DNA of 64,000 nucleotides from positions 10,168,001 through 10,232,000 of the forward strand of contig NC_043022.1 of the NCBI RefSeq assembly GCF_006345805.1. The letters are read 5' to 3'. A program made the position numbers and the translations under genes. This document shows, in pieces, positions 13,034 to 25,945 of this stretch (position 1 is the stretch's first letter; each line of letters opens with the position of its first letter). The stretch comes from Octopus sinensis (lineage: Eukaryota). The notes under the pieces are model-generated. The model saw only the letters and a list, made by a program, of their open reading frames with translations. It ran no database searches and was not told the DNA's origin.

Positions 13034-13916
13034 TTGTCTTATTTCTTGTTATTTGTCAAACTGCTCCATCTTTCTTGACTTCCTGTTTAAAGGCATACAA
13101 TTTGCTCATCTTTCTCCATCGTTTATTGAAGACCAAAAATTCAACAACAATTATACTCCTTGCAACAACTGGAACATTTAAACATTCTAGGAAGTCCAAT
13201 CCTCCTCTTCCACTTCCTCCTCCTCATCATCATCATTATTTAACTTCCATGTCCAATGCTGGTTTTTGCTGGAGTAATTTGACAAGACCCAAGGAATGCA
13301 TCATGCTTGAGTGTCTGCTTCTGCATAATTTCTGTGGAAGGATAGTCTTCCTTCCTGCACATACACATGAATATAGACACGGATTTTGAAATGAATAGAT
13401 GTTTAATGCTTCATTCAGGAGCACAACCCTGTGACAAGAGTACAATTTTTAACGCAAGCTTAGGTCAACAGTTGAAGAACATTAACCTCATAACTACTGA
13501 GCAACTACAAATCTCCACATATTTAATTACCAGATGAGCTTAATTTGCAAATTAATCAAAAAGTGTGACTGTTGTTCAGGCATACAACGCTCCGAATGGA
13601 GTACAATTTGTACCCATGTCTATTTAGTTGGTAGTATAAGCAGTGCAACTTTATGGCTATTGCGCCTCTAAAATTAGCAAAGAAGGGTTTATTTGGTAAT
13701 TAGCACAAAGAGGATTATTGCAGCCTGCCAACACAAATGCATGTTTCCTTCCTGGAATGTTGCCCCCCCCCCTGGAATCTCCTCAGCAGTGTCCACACCA
13801 CTTCACCAATCCCCAAGTTAGATAATGATAATAATAATAATAATAATAATAATCATAATAATAATAATAATAAAATAAAAAAAAAACATTTAGTGAATCA
13901 TGAAAGTCTGTCTTAC

Positions 13917-14036
13917 CTCAGCCGGAGTGTTGATCACTCCAATGTTATACCCATAGAGGAGGGAATTACCAAATACAGCCACAAACGTACAAAACGCAAG
14001 ATAGGGGGTCAAACCTGATGACTTTTTCTCCATTTT
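13917..14036 (-). CDS. SLC2A: SLC2A/GLUT-family exon (K)MEKKSSGLTPYLAFCTFVAVFGNSLLYGYNIGVINTPAE
   Basis: Acceptor ttcttcttcag and donor GAG|gtaaga. 120 bp, phase 0/0. TM1 motif GNSLLYGYNIGVIN. Splices in frame to 2444-2284. ATG at 14033. Confidence 0.95.
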
Positions 14037-14263
14037 CTGAAGAAGAAGAAAGAAAAACAAAAACAAATAAGCAATATATAAATTGGTAGACAGATGTGGC
14101 AGTGAAAAGGTCGTCTTTGAATGACAGAATTTTGGCAATCAATTTGTGCCTGTATTTACATGTGTGTAAATAAACATACTCCTAGCAATAAGCATGATTG
14201 TATGTGTGTGTGTGTGTGTGTGTGTAAATAAACACTTGGAAATGAGCATGTTTGTGTGTGTCA

Positions 14264-14299
<36 letters not shown>

Positions 14300-14368
14300 C
14301 TATGCGTATATATATATATATGTGTGTGTGTATGAGTGTGTAAATAAACAGTTGGAAATGAGCATGCT

Positions 14369-14421
<53 letters not shown>

Positions 14422-14427
14422 AGACTA

Positions 14428-14474
<47 letters not shown>

Positions 14475-14844
14475 ATACACAATGTGTGTATAAATAAACA
14501 TACATTTTTCAATGTATGTATGCATGTGTTATAATATTTGTACAAGTGCATATTTCAGTGCATATAAGGGAGAGAGGGTATGCATACATACATCCACACA
14601 TCCACACAGAAATATGTATATGTGAAGTTATTTGTAAGTGTGTGTGTGTGCATATGAGTGTGTATGTGCACATACATGTATAAATAAAAATACATTTGAC
14701 AGTGTGTATATGTACATGTATGTGTGTGCAGATTTGAAGAAAAGAGAGAAATGACACCAACACATGTGTGAATGGACGAAACCCAGATTGTGAGTGACCT
14801 TAGATTCACCCCTGCCTTCTTAGTACAAACTAAGATCAACAAAC

Positions 14845-15010
14845 ATTGATTGCAAGGTCAACAAGGAAGTCTCTAAAGCTAGCACTGCTTTCAGCAGCTT
14901 GGAGAGAATGTATGGGAGCATAGGAGAATCAGTCTCACCACTAACTAATGGTCCCCCATATAAAAGAGTTGTGAGAACAACTCTCTTATATGGGTGTGAG
15001 TTATGAACAG
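14845..15010 (+). mobile_element. Old RTE/BovB-like LINE fragment
   Basis: KVNKEVSKASTAFSSL...YKRVVRTTLLYGCEL remnant. Confidence 0.65.
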
Positions 15011-15254
15011 TCTTTTAAGCCTTTAGATTTCAGATTACTTTGTGGAATGTAATGCTTATTTATTCATATTGCTTTGAATTAATCATGCATTATTTTGTAG
15101 TTTCTAGTTTTCAATTATGTAATTCCTTATTTTTAGAATGACATTGTAGGATACCATCCCCAGACAATCTGTAGGTACTCTCCCAGGTGGTACATATTTA
15201 CAATTAGGTAGACTGTGTCAATCCATTGACTGTATATATATATATATATATGAA

Positions 15255-15533
15255 CAAGGTTGTTGCCAGTGCCGTTGGACTGGCTCCTGTGCAGGTGGCA
15301 CATAAAAAAACACCATTTGAGTGTAGCCATTACCAGTACCGCCTGACTGGCCCTTGTACCGGTGGCACGTAAGAGCACCCACTACACTCTCGGAGGCTTG
15401 GCATTAGGAAGGGCATCCAGCTGTAGAAACTCTGCCAGACCAGAATGTAGCCTGGTGCAGCCATCTGGTTCGCCAGTCCTCAGTCAAATCGTCCAACCCA
15501 TGCTAGCACGGAAAGTGGACTTTAAACGAACGA

Positions 15534-15535
<2 letters not shown>
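15255..15535 (+). mobile_element. Non-autonomous RTE-tail repeat
   Basis: ggcattaggaagggcatccagctgtagaaac...gac(g/t)ttaaacga tail shared with the RTE at 39125-40590 and with copies at 45825-46190, 48930-49450 and 52600-53015. Confidence 0.75.
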
Positions 15536-15579
<44 letters not shown>

Positions 15580-15827
15580 TATCTATTAAAGTCAAGAACA
15601 CTCTCCGTGATTATTAACTTTGTTTAATAAGTGTTCGATTTGAAGGAGAACTGACTCATGGTACCTATTTCAGTCATGTAGACTAAGTACAGCAATTAAC
15701 ACTACTTCCATTCACATAGTACCTATTTTTAAAATTTTCTAAACAGGTTAAAATGAAAGGGAATGGCATTATAAAGGTTTTGGGCACTTTTGCACCATCA
15801 CTAGGATGAGCAGACGAAATGATTTAT

Positions 15828-16015
15828 CCCTTTAGCATTCATATTTCTTTCTCGAATCTATTACTTAATTATTCACATTGCTTTGAATTAATCACACATC
15901 AATGGTGTGTTTGTATATTTTTAGAATGACATTGTAGGGTAGGTGTGAGAGGTTGAATCTGGTTAGTTTTAACATAAAACAAGGAAAATACTAGGCTGGA
16001 TTAAATGCTGAAGGG
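15828..16015. mobile_element. piggyBac-type MITE
   Basis: TIR ccctttagcatt / aatgctgaaggg, flanked by ttat and ttaa. Confidence 0.75.
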
Positions 16016-16431
16016 TTAAATTAGTGGGGATGGGGATAGGGAAAACTGTTAAATGTTGGCTCTAAGTATGAAATATAATGACAGTGAGAGTAAATTATTT
16101 CATAAACCATAAATGCACAAAAACTGATGCAGGCATGGCAGTATATGCAACCCTTTGCCTGTCATGTGTATTACATGTAGTACACAGGACATATTTACCT
16201 AGCAGCCATGTATCATGCATGATACACACAACCAATTTTTTTTTCAACTACAAGCACAGGTGTGGCTGTGTGGTAAGAAGCTTGCTTCTCAACCACATGG
16301 TTCCGGGTTCAGTCCCACTATGTGGCACTTTGGGCAAGTGTCTTCTACTGTAGCCTCAGGTCAACCAAGGCCTTGTGAATGGATTTGATTGACAGAAACT
16401 AAAAGAAGCCCGTCATTAATGTATGTATGTA

Positions 16432-16466
<35 letters not shown>

Positions 16467-17195
16467 ATGCATGCATGTATGTATGTTAAAAAGAAAGTTC
16501 TTGGTACAGTATTATATATTTGAGAAAATGAGTAGATTCGGCTTTTTGCGGGAATAACTTTCATTTTAATGATAATAATGTTGTTTACTGTGAGTTACTC
16601 TGGTATGAGTTTCAAGCTTCAAATAGCTGTTTTCAAAAAAAAAAAAATGTATGTTTTACTTGTTGCTTAAATAGCAAAAAATATATATAAAAGAATGCAA
16701 AAGCATGCATGTATATGAAGAAGGAGAAGGAAGAAAGAAAGCAATGGAAAAAATGAAATAAAGCTAAAATATAAATATAAAAATAAAGATAAAGATAAGT
16801 CTAATAGTAATTGAGAACAGAGGTGGATGAAGAGTTAAGTACGTTAAGAATAAAGAATTGGAATATTTTGGAGTGGTCAGTATTGTTGATTTTTCAGAAG
16901 ATGACCAGAAGATGATTTCAGGTCACCTATTCATTCAGTTCTCACACATAGTATGGTGTGCACATACGTATATATGCACACACACATATGTAATGTGTGT
17001 GCGTGTATGTATATTTGTGCATGTGTGTGTAAGCATATATGTGTGTACATGCAATGGTATAAGGGTTAAGAGGCGTGTACGTATATTAGTATATGTTTGT
17101 GTGTGTGTACATATAATATAAATATGTGTAATTTGGACCACTGAACTCAACACATTTTTATTTTTCATTCTCTCTCAATTTATTTCCTCTTATTC

Positions 17196-17230
17196 CTTAC
17201 TGTCAAAGAGCATAGACTTGAAACATAAAA
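17196..17230 (+). ncRNA. Degenerate hammerhead-like motif in a Penelope-like pLTR (CUGUCGA family)
   Basis: CTGTCAA agagcatagactt GAAA cat a aaaga. Homologous to 26810-26845. Confidence 0.45.
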
Positions 17231-17353
17231 GACTTTTCCATTTTTCCTGAGTGTCAAACTAATACACTTGCTTGTTGTTCCTACACCTGTCTTCGTCTTT
17301 GTTTTTCTATAAATTTGAACTATATATCTAGATATATAATTGAAACATCTTAA

Positions 17354-17553
17354 CCCTTTCATTACTGCATTTATTTTTTAGATGCTCTGTGTTTCTTTCA
17401 ATTACTTTAAATATAGCAAAGAATTTAGTAAAATAACTTAGCTATCATTCAGCTAGTGTTAGGAACATAAATTGTGACTAAGGTTTGGTGGAAGATTTTA
17501 ATTCAAAAATTATGTAAACAGAGCCGGTTTCAGCCGGGTTGGTAACAAAAGGG
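17354..17553. mobile_element. 200-bp piggyBac MITE
   Basis: TTAA TSDs at 17350 and 17554. TIR ccctttcattac / gtaacaaaaggg, same family as 19341-20378. Confidence 0.85.
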
Positions 17554-18089
17554 TTAAGAAGCTTTTTAAAAATTTCTTCCACTCAGATCTTCATGACAAC
17601 GAACAGAGCATCGGATGAGTTAGCAATGGAGGTTTTCAGTTCAAATCACATAACTTCAAACACCAATAATTTCTTTATTATTAATTAGTAAAAAAAAAAT
17701 CAATGTGGGTTTCATCAGCAGCATGCGAAGTATATCAAAACTACATTTTTTGAAAAGAATCTTGTGACAGTTTGAAATACTTCAAGAGGTTGGAAGAACC
17801 TTAACAAGATCCTGTATTTGTTTTTCTTTCACTTTTGTTATTCCGTAAGAAATTTTCAGCCTTGTTAAATTTCTTCCAACCACTTGAAGTATTTGAAATT
17901 TTCATCAGGTTATTTTCAAAAATGTAATTTTTATGTATTTTTGTATGCTGGTGACAAACTCTAAATGCTTGTAACTTCTTTGTTATGAATTTTGGGGGTA
18001 GGGGTAATCAACACAATTTTCGTAATCAGCATGCAAAACTGTATCAAAGCTACATTTTTAAAAACTAATCTGGTGAACATTTCTATTCA

Positions 18090-18388
18090 CCAGAGCTGTT
18101 CTTCACTTCTGCTCCAGAGCGTGGGCTGCGGGGTCATTCCGAAAAGCTCTATCTACGACAATTTCATCTCAGTCGAAGGAGAGGGGCTTTCGGTTGCGGA
18201 TCCGTGAAATAAGCTGCCGGACGAGATAGTGAAGATGCCGACGACCGCTCGGTTCAAAGTCTCTCTTGACTAGAAATGGCCTGAACTCTTTGTATGACCA
18301 CCCTCCCTGTACATAACTCCTTGTCCCCCTACATGGCCTTGCTTTTGCTTTGTGAGCCAATAAAAATTGAACTGAATTGAATTTGAAA
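18090..18388 (+). mobile_element. CR1-type LINE 3' end
   Basis: ELFFTSAPERGLRGHSEKLYLRQF..NKLPDEIVKMPTTARFK plus 3' UTR. Same family as 50820-51185. Confidence 0.8.
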
Positions 18389-18390
18389 TA

Positions 18391-20702
18391 TCAGGCTGAG
18401 TAAAAAGTAAGCAGTGTTTTGAAACATGAAATTCATCACAATACATTTCAAAAATGCGGAAATTTTATTCATCAAAGTAAGTACCATTACAATGAACACA
18501 GTTTTACCAACGAGTTACGAGTTTATTTATTCTGGTAACAGAAAAATCTGGAGTTCCGGAGCTGATGCACTCTTTGAATGCACTTTCAGCATCAGTTTGA
18601 TTTTGAATTCCTTCTCTTGGAAGAAACCATCAAGGTGCTTGAAAAAGTGGTAGTCGGTAGGAGAAAGGTATGTGGAATAAGCTGGATAGGGAATAAATTC
18701 GTAGCCAAGTTCCTTCAACCTCTGGAGCGTCATTAGTGAAACATATGGTCAAGCATTGTCATGAAGAACGATTGGCTCTCTTCTGTTGACCAGTCTGGGA
18801 CAGAGTAGCAGCAGTTTTTCATTCATTTTGTTAATTTCATGGCAATATGTTTCTGCAGTAATGGTTTTTCCGGGTTTTAGGAAGTTATAATGGATGTGTC
18901 CAGCCGTACATCACCAAACAATCACCATAACCTTCTTTTTGAAGAGCTCGCATTTAAGGAAGGTCTCCAGTGCTTAATTTTGGTCCAACCACTGCCAAGA
19001 ACGTTTTTTATTATTGTACAGAATCCAATTTTCATCGCAAATTACAATACAGTCGAGAAATGGATTGGTCTGGTTACGGAGAAGTGACAAGCAAATTTCA
19101 TATCTGCACATTTTCTGAATTTCATTCAAATCATTTGTAGAGTTTTTAAAAATTTTCAGATCACATGCAAATGGTTACAGGCAGTTTTCTGGCTAACTTG
19201 AAGTTCTTTTGCCAGTTCTCAAGTGGTTTTATCTGGATCTTTTTCAATGACAGTCTTTAATTGATTGTCATCGATGACATATGGGCGTCTGCTATGCTCA
19301 TGATCTTCAAGGCTCAGGTCTCCATTGCGAAATTGTTTAACCCTTTCGTTACCAAACCGCCCAAAGCCGCCCGAATTTACCTATTCATATTTAAATGAGA
19401 ATATCAGAGCAAATCTCTTCAGTACATTCGTGAAAACACGTATTATACTTCGTAAACAGTTCAACTACAGTTTTGTACAATAATCGAAGTGTAATTTTAA
19501 TTCCGTGAATTTTGGGAGATTTTTTTCCGAAATTTGTTCCTATTGTGTTTTCAAAATTTGTAATTCTGACAAAAAATGGATACGAATTTCATTATATCAA
19601 GCAGCGAGTCAGAATTCGAAGGATTTTCTACTGAAGACCTTCATAAATCTAACTCTATGACTGAAAAAAAAAAGCACATGGTATTTGATAATGAATTTGA
19701 TGTTTCATTTTCCGAAAGGGAAAACAGTGAATCTGAGATCTCCGATAGCGATAAAGAAAACGAATTGGCACCTGAATGGAGTGAAAATTTAAAAACTGTT
19801 TCTTTCGGTGATTTTTCTGCAGAAACTGGACCAAGCCACAGACTTTCCCAGAAGGGTAAAGCCTTAGGCTATTTCTATTTACTTTTTCGAATGAGCCTAT
19901 TTGAAATCATTACAGCGAAAACGAACCGTTACGCTAAACGTAAACAAAACGAAAGAAAGGATAGTTTGTTATTTCCCACAACCTTAAATGAAATTAAGGC
20001 CTATTTTGCCATAAATATTATTATGGGTATCAGAAAGTTACCCAGAATAACAAATTCTATCGTAAAATTTTGTTGTATACCCAATTGAATATTAGCTAAT
20101 ATTTTCTATAGCGATGTTTGAACAAAATTTTAATAATTTTATATATTGTTGAATTTACCCGTATCTACCTGCAAATAGAGTCACTTTGTGACAAAAATTA
20201 TAGTATAGAATTGGTTGAGAATATTTCATTAAATTATCTTCCAAAAATCAGATTAATATATCGATAAATAAAAAAATTATAGTTGTTTAATGAAACCAGA
20301 CTAAATTTATGATTACGTTAGAAATTAATTGAAACACATAAGGGGTGTAATTTGGTCAGAAATATAGTAACGAAAGGGTTAAACTATTTTCAAGCTGACC
20401 ACTCACTGGTCATTTCCTCACCAAACGTTTCATTGATATCGTGAGCAGTTTCAGCCGCTTTATGTCCTTTTATTTTGAAGTTGAATAACAAAATTGCTCG
20501 AATATGTTTTGACAGTTCCATTTCAGATGATTGCGACAACAATGAATAAAATATCAATGTTAATTTATTGATGCATTTGGGTAAGTCTATGTCTGTATTA
20601 TCAGACAATTGCAAAAAATTTTTTTTTAAATTTAAAGCACTGCAAAAATTTCGTACGAATTCTTCATGGTTCAAAACGTTGCTTACTTTTTACTCAACCT
20701 GA
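18391..20702 (-). mobile_element. Full-length defective mariner (~1270 bp net) interrupted by piggyBac
   Basis: TIRs tcagg(c/t)tgagtaaaaagtaagca at both ends, TA TSDs. Transposase fragments KHIRAILLFNFKIKGHKAAET and PYPAYSTYLSPTDYHFFKHLDGF. Confidence 0.92.
19341..20378 (+). mobile_element. Internally deleted piggyBac with truncated transposase ORF (19576-20088)
   Basis: TTAA TSDs and 12-bp TIR ccctttcgttac. ORF has an acidic N-terminus and TNRYA..TTLNEIKAYFAINIIMGIRKLP (PGBD/DDE_Tnp_1_7-like). Confidence 0.92.
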
Positions 20703-21226
20703 TACTTCAAGTGGTGAGAAGAAATTTAAGATCCAAAACGAAAGAAAGAGCAGGTTAAGAAAAATAAAAGAAATGGTGATTGGTGTGTGTATGGTGGATA
20801 TGAAGAAGAGAATAAGAAATTTGCAAAACGTGAATATTTGAAAAAATTTTTATGCGAATTCTAAGTTTTTTAAAATGTGCAGTGTTATATATATATATAT
20901 ATGTAAAATCAACAATCGCACCCGCGACCTTCGCCCAGCAAAAGCATCATCATCATAATCATCAATACCAATGTTAACAGCGGTCACCACCACCACAACC
21001 TCCTATACCCTTACCATCAGCAACAACAACTCTATTGTCATGTTACATGTCAACACCGAGTGAATGAAAGGCAAAGAGAAGAGCAAGCAAGGTCGCTGGT
21101 AATGTGCTGAGAGACAGAAAAAGAGAAAGAACGAGAGAGAGAGAGAGAGAGAGAGATTATATGGCAATGAGAGAGGGAGCAGTGCTCCCTACCCCGTTCA
21201 GGTAAATATTATAGTATCTCGCTCAC

Positions 21227-21350
21227 CTGTTTTTCTTTTGGTTTTTAATATATTAAGGTATACAGTTGCATATAAGTTATATAATGAGTTGAAAAAACTT
21301 CGATTAACTGAGATTATCCATTCAAACTCTCCCAAAGTATTTTTTAAAAT
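21227..21350 (-). other. Candidate 5' UTR exon of the SLC2A gene
   Basis: Acceptor tttcttatag and donor CAG|gtgagc. In-frame stop upstream of the donor, so non-coding. Confidence 0.35.
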
Positions 21351-21805
21351 CTATAAGAAATAATAAACAAAAAATAAGGGAGATAACTTCAGTGTTGTCA
21401 GCTAATTCCAAAGTTTTAGAATATAAAACGCGATGCAAGAGTTTTGGATGTTGACTAGAACCAGCCAGAGAAAGAAAGAGACAGACAGACAGACAGATAA
21501 TGAGAGACGGATAGAGAAGGGGTGAAATAAATAAATTGAAAGAGAGGAGAGGGGGAATAATGTTGGCAACAGTAACATTTTTTCATGGCTTACTCAAAGA
21601 ACTAGATTCTACCAAAGTTTGGAACAGCAGAGATCTAAACAAAATACGCTGTTAAAAATGCCGTGCTATTTTTATTACATTTTCCAGCACAATATTTCTC
21701 AATATATATATATGTATATATATATACACATACATATACTTTATTATTAAAGCTGCAAAAACACCACAAAAAAAGCTGCTTCTCAGAGTTTCAGATTCCC
21801 CAAAA

Positions 21806-21843
21806 TTGCCCGACGAACAGAAACGTGAAACTCTGAGTAGCAG
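21806..21843 (+). ncRNA. Type I hammerhead motif, CCGACGA core, in a Penelope-like pLTR (21738-21958)
   Basis: ttgc CCGACGA acagaaacgt GAAA ctc t gag TA gcag. A truncated inverted arm lies at 21740-21793. Confidence 0.6.
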
Positions 21844-21975
21844 ATTTTTGTGATGTTTTTGTAGCTTTAGTGATAAAGCATATTACTACTCTACCTTCGG
21901 CATTCGAGTACTACCCCCCCCCCCACCTTGCTTCACATTTATGTGCTTATTCGGGTGTGTATATATAATATAATA

Positions 21976-22041
<66 letters not shown>

Positions 22042-22142
22042 GGAGTAAACACATAAATGTGAAACAAGGTGGAAAAAAGAGTACTCAAATACCAGTGGTA
22101 GAGTAATATGCTTTATTTAAAGCAGCAGAAAATTCAACAAAA

Positions 22143-22185
22143 CCTGTTACTCTGAGTTTCACGTTGCCGTTCGTCGGACAGTTTT
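22143..22185 (-). ncRNA. Type I hammerhead motif, CCGACGA core, in a pLTR (22030-22190)
   Basis: aaaaactgt CCGACGA acg gcaa cgt GAAA ctc a gag TA acagg. Stems I, II (GCAA loop) and III all pair. GUA site between 22148 and 22147. Confidence 0.72.
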
Positions 22186-22678
22186 TGCTAGTATATATAT
22201 ATATAATGTACGTACATACATCTATAGAATTATGTATGTATAAAGATTTATTTACGTCAAGTTATAAAAGCAATTTTACATTAAGCAGAAAAATTACCCA
22301 ATACTTTTTGTAGAGTATATATTTATTAATTTTTAGGAAGTGTTGACAGTGACTACGAAGTTTCGGCCTGATTAACCTTAATCGGATATGCATATATATA
22401 TATATATATGTGTGTGTGGTGTGTGTGTGTGTGTGTGTGTATAATATATATACACACGTGTGTATGTATTTTCTTCGTTTATATGTGAAGACTGTAAGTC
22501 TAAGAATTTTTCAATCTTTTCCGGCCATACTCCACTCTCTCTTCAAATATATTTGTGTGCGTAAATGTACTAATTACTACCACAAGCAAACACTTAAGCA
22601 CTTAGGCAAGGAGGAACTACACCCATCACTACACACATACAAACATACTTACACATGCATACAATCATACACGCATAC

Positions 22679-22960
22679 CTTTATATATATATGCATCTCT
22701 TCTCCCCCCACAAAACTGAGCAGAATCTAGAGCGACTAGTAGTGCTTTGTATCGGGAAAATGTATTTATTGGTAAACTTCGAAGTTTGAAATTCGTATGT
22801 CATAAGGAGAGGAGCTTCCTACGCCATCATATACGAAGAGAGGGCTTAAGTTTTTCTTTGCATTGCAACCACGAATGTTTTAGCAACGAAGAGGCGTTGC
22901 ATCTGCGCATGCGTGGGTGAAGAAGTGAGAGTGTGAGGGAAGGAGTAAGAGAGAGAGAGG
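22679..22960 (-). promoter_or_regulatory. Candidate promoter / first exon of the SLC2A gene
   Basis: Unique CpG-containing sequence with an NRF1-like gcgcatgcg at ~22905 and donor AAG|gtatgc at 22679. Confidence 0.35.
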
Positions 22961-23129
22961 GAGGAGAATGAGAAAAATTGTGGGATGTAATAGACGAGAT
23001 AATGGAATGAGAAACTTGAACGAAAAGAAAAGTATTTTTGTTGGTCAGGTGCGCAATAGATCATCTTTATTTTTATCTACCGACCGATCGACCTACATAC
23101 ATGCATACCTATCGACCTACCTACCTAAC

Positions 23130-24337
23130 GAAATAATAATAATAATAATAATAATTGTGTACAGTGCTCAGGTGCACTACAACTCATCTAAAGTGTATAT
23201 ATAATCAGGTGTAGTTTCGACGGATTTCGGGAAGCATGAGGGCCTTAAAGGATGCAGTGTCATGGCAGTCAACAACTGATGCAGGCAGTTTATTCCACGC
23301 TTCAGCAACCCTGAGCGTGAAAAAATGTTTCCGAAAGTCATGGGAGCTGTGCTGTTTTCTGACTTTGTAGGCATGTCCACGTGTGTTAGACACATGGAGA
23401 TCAAAAAGGTGTTCAGTGTTGTTGTTGGTGAGGTGGTTGATAACCTTGTGGGTGTTTACCAAGTCCGTCGCTAGACGCCGGAGCTTCAGTGAATCCATGC
23501 CCAGGGAAACAAGGCGCTCAGAATATGGTAGGTGTCTGATGAAGGGTATGCGTTTGGTTGCACGTCTCTGGACAGATTCCAGGAGGTCAATGTTCTGAGC
23601 AAGATAGGGATTCCAAACTGATGATGCGAATTCCAAGTGTGGTCGTACCATAGCTGTATACAGTTTTAAATAGATGGCTGGAGAGCAGCTAACAAAAGTC
23701 TTGCTGAGTGACGCCAAGACACCCTCGGCCTTCTTGACAATTTTAGAGATATGCTTTGTCCAACGCAAATCACTGCTGACAGTGATGCCTAGGTCACGCT
23801 CGCAAGAGGATTTCTTGATATCAGTGTTGTGGAGGGAGTATGTGGACGCAGGGTTTTTTCTCCCAAAATGCATGGTGGTACACTTGTCCACAGCCAGTTT
23901 CAGTTGCCAGTCTGTGATCCATTGCTGCATTGTGTCTAGGTCTGATTGCAGGAAAGAGTTGTAGACATCAGGATCAGTCCTCTTGATTTCAAGGTACAGC
24001 TTGATGTCGTCTGCATATTTCAATACTGTGGCATTCTTTAATTGGCATCTATGTCATTAATGTATGCCACAAACAGGAGGGGACCAAGGACAGATCCCTG
24101 TGGTACACCCGATGACATCTCATATGGTGTAGAGTGCTGTCCTAGAACTGTGACTACCTCCTTTCGGCTGAGGATGAAGGATTTCAACCAGTTAAAAAGG
24201 TCATCCCCCACACCCATTGCAGAGAGTTTCACCATAAGCCTTTTGTGTGGCACAGAGTTGAAAGCCTTAGCAAAGTCAAGGTAGACAACATCCACCCATG
24301 AGCCACTGTCAGTGATCTGAGTAATGTCGAACATCAG
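23130..24337 (-). mobile_element. 5'-truncated CR1/Jockey-superfamily LINE, RT C-terminal half
   Basis: VVYLDFAKAF, SGVPQGSVLGPLLF, KYADD, TRGH..FFTLRV..WNKLP. One frameshift near 24037. (ATT)n tail. Confidence 0.95.
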
Positions 24338-25345
24338 TTCCCTAAAACAGGAGTTGGAAATTTAGCGATGAAGAAACCCACTGAAAAATTTCCCGAATGA
24401 GGAAAATCCAGAATAAGAGACTGTTTGCCAAACTTTGGAATCAGAGAATGGCCGACTGCCTGCAGAAGAATTGGTGCAGGTTTCCTGGTGAATGTTGTTA
24501 GGGAAACTGGTATGATACTAACTTCGGTACCTGTATCGATAAGGAAGCAGATAGCTATGGAACGGTCGTTAATGAAGAAACAGAAGAAGGGTAGGGGTGC
24601 CTACCGAATTTTCGGCGGTACCAACAACTCGAATCTAGAGTTTATGTAACACTGGGGCTTCGGGTAACGCCGGGATCGCTAATTGCCGCATTCAAGTCGG
24701 TTGCGAAGTGACAAAACTTGAATTCGTGTCGTCAGTGTTTCAATCTGCACAGTTTGCTGTCACTGGGGATCGTAGGTTCGCTATTTCTGAGCTATCGCAG
24801 TACGAAGCAAAGGAGTTCGTGGAACGTATGGTCGGTGTTATTTGAGCCACGATCTAACTGCCAATTCAATAATTGTAAACTCCTTGGTACATGCAAGGAT
24901 GACAAGATCACTGAAAAGTCGTCGCTACAGAAATAGTTTAAGTATTTCGGTTTGAAGTACTTTGTCTCACAGGAATTGCTTCATTCGTTCTCAGGAGCTG
25001 CGATTGTTTTGACTTTTTTTTGCCACCGACTTCTTCTATTAAGAGTTGATGAAGTCGTTTCTGCTCTAAAATGAAGACGCGTTTAATGAGTTCTTTCGGT
25101 AGAGTGTTGTACGAGATAGTTTTCGGTGGAGCCCTTATCGAACCTCTGACCTCCACGATGTCTTCTACCGGAAATGAACGATATGTGCCTTTCGTGTAGC
25201 ATCACTGACGATCCGGTTCGCAACGAACCGTGCTTCGGTGTGTACAAACCATAGAGCAAGGCCATGCGTCCAGAATGGTGGTATTTGTAAGTAAGCGCTG
25301 ACTGAGTAGGTACAATATATGCAGATGAAGAAGGCGTTAATATTT
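24338..25345 (-). mobile_element. Gypsy LTR retrotransposon gag-protease remnant
   Basis: LQIPPFW..LWF gag start, ELIKRV..EQKRLHQLLIEE..SQLLR, CWYRRKFG knuckle, aspartic protease FLIDTGTEVSIIP. Multiple frameshifts. Confidence 0.85.
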
Positions 25346-25571
25346 CGAGCACTGCGTGAGAGATGGATACACTCGAATGTTCGTAGAAAGTTTGTCATAT
25401 ATTCTTATGATGGATCTATGTCGTACGACAGTGAGAATTACCTGCTCCTGAATTAATGTGTAAGCGGCTGAATATTCCACAGGTATGTGCACCCTCGACG
25501 TACCTTGATACCGGTAGAGTCAGCTTGAAAGTCTGTGTGACAAGGCTCATCTTTTGATTATAACCTTCTCT

Positions 25572-25945
25572 GGACAGGGCCCACACGGACTGCCGCTTTC
25601 TCTGCACACGGGTCACTTAGTCTGCCGCCTTCTCTACATAAGGGCCACCCGGACTACCGCCTTCTCTCTACAGAGGCCATCCGGACTTCTGCCTTCTCTA
25701 CACAGGGGTCTCCCGGACTGCCGCCTTCTTTGCACAGGGGCCACCCACATTGCCGCTTTCTCTGCACAGGGGCCACACGGACTGCCGCCTTCTCTTCATG
25801 TGGACCACCCGGACTACCGCCTTCTCTCCACAGGGCCCACACGGACTCCCGCCTTCTCTGCACAGAAGCCACCCGAACTGCAGCCTTCTTCGCACCGGGG
25901 CCACACGGACTCCCACCTTCTCTGCACATCGCCATCTGGACTCCG
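25572..25945. repeat. GC-rich 32-bp minisatellite (~11 units)
   Basis: Consensus gcacaggggccac(a/c)cggactgccgccttctct. Confidence 0.9.
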
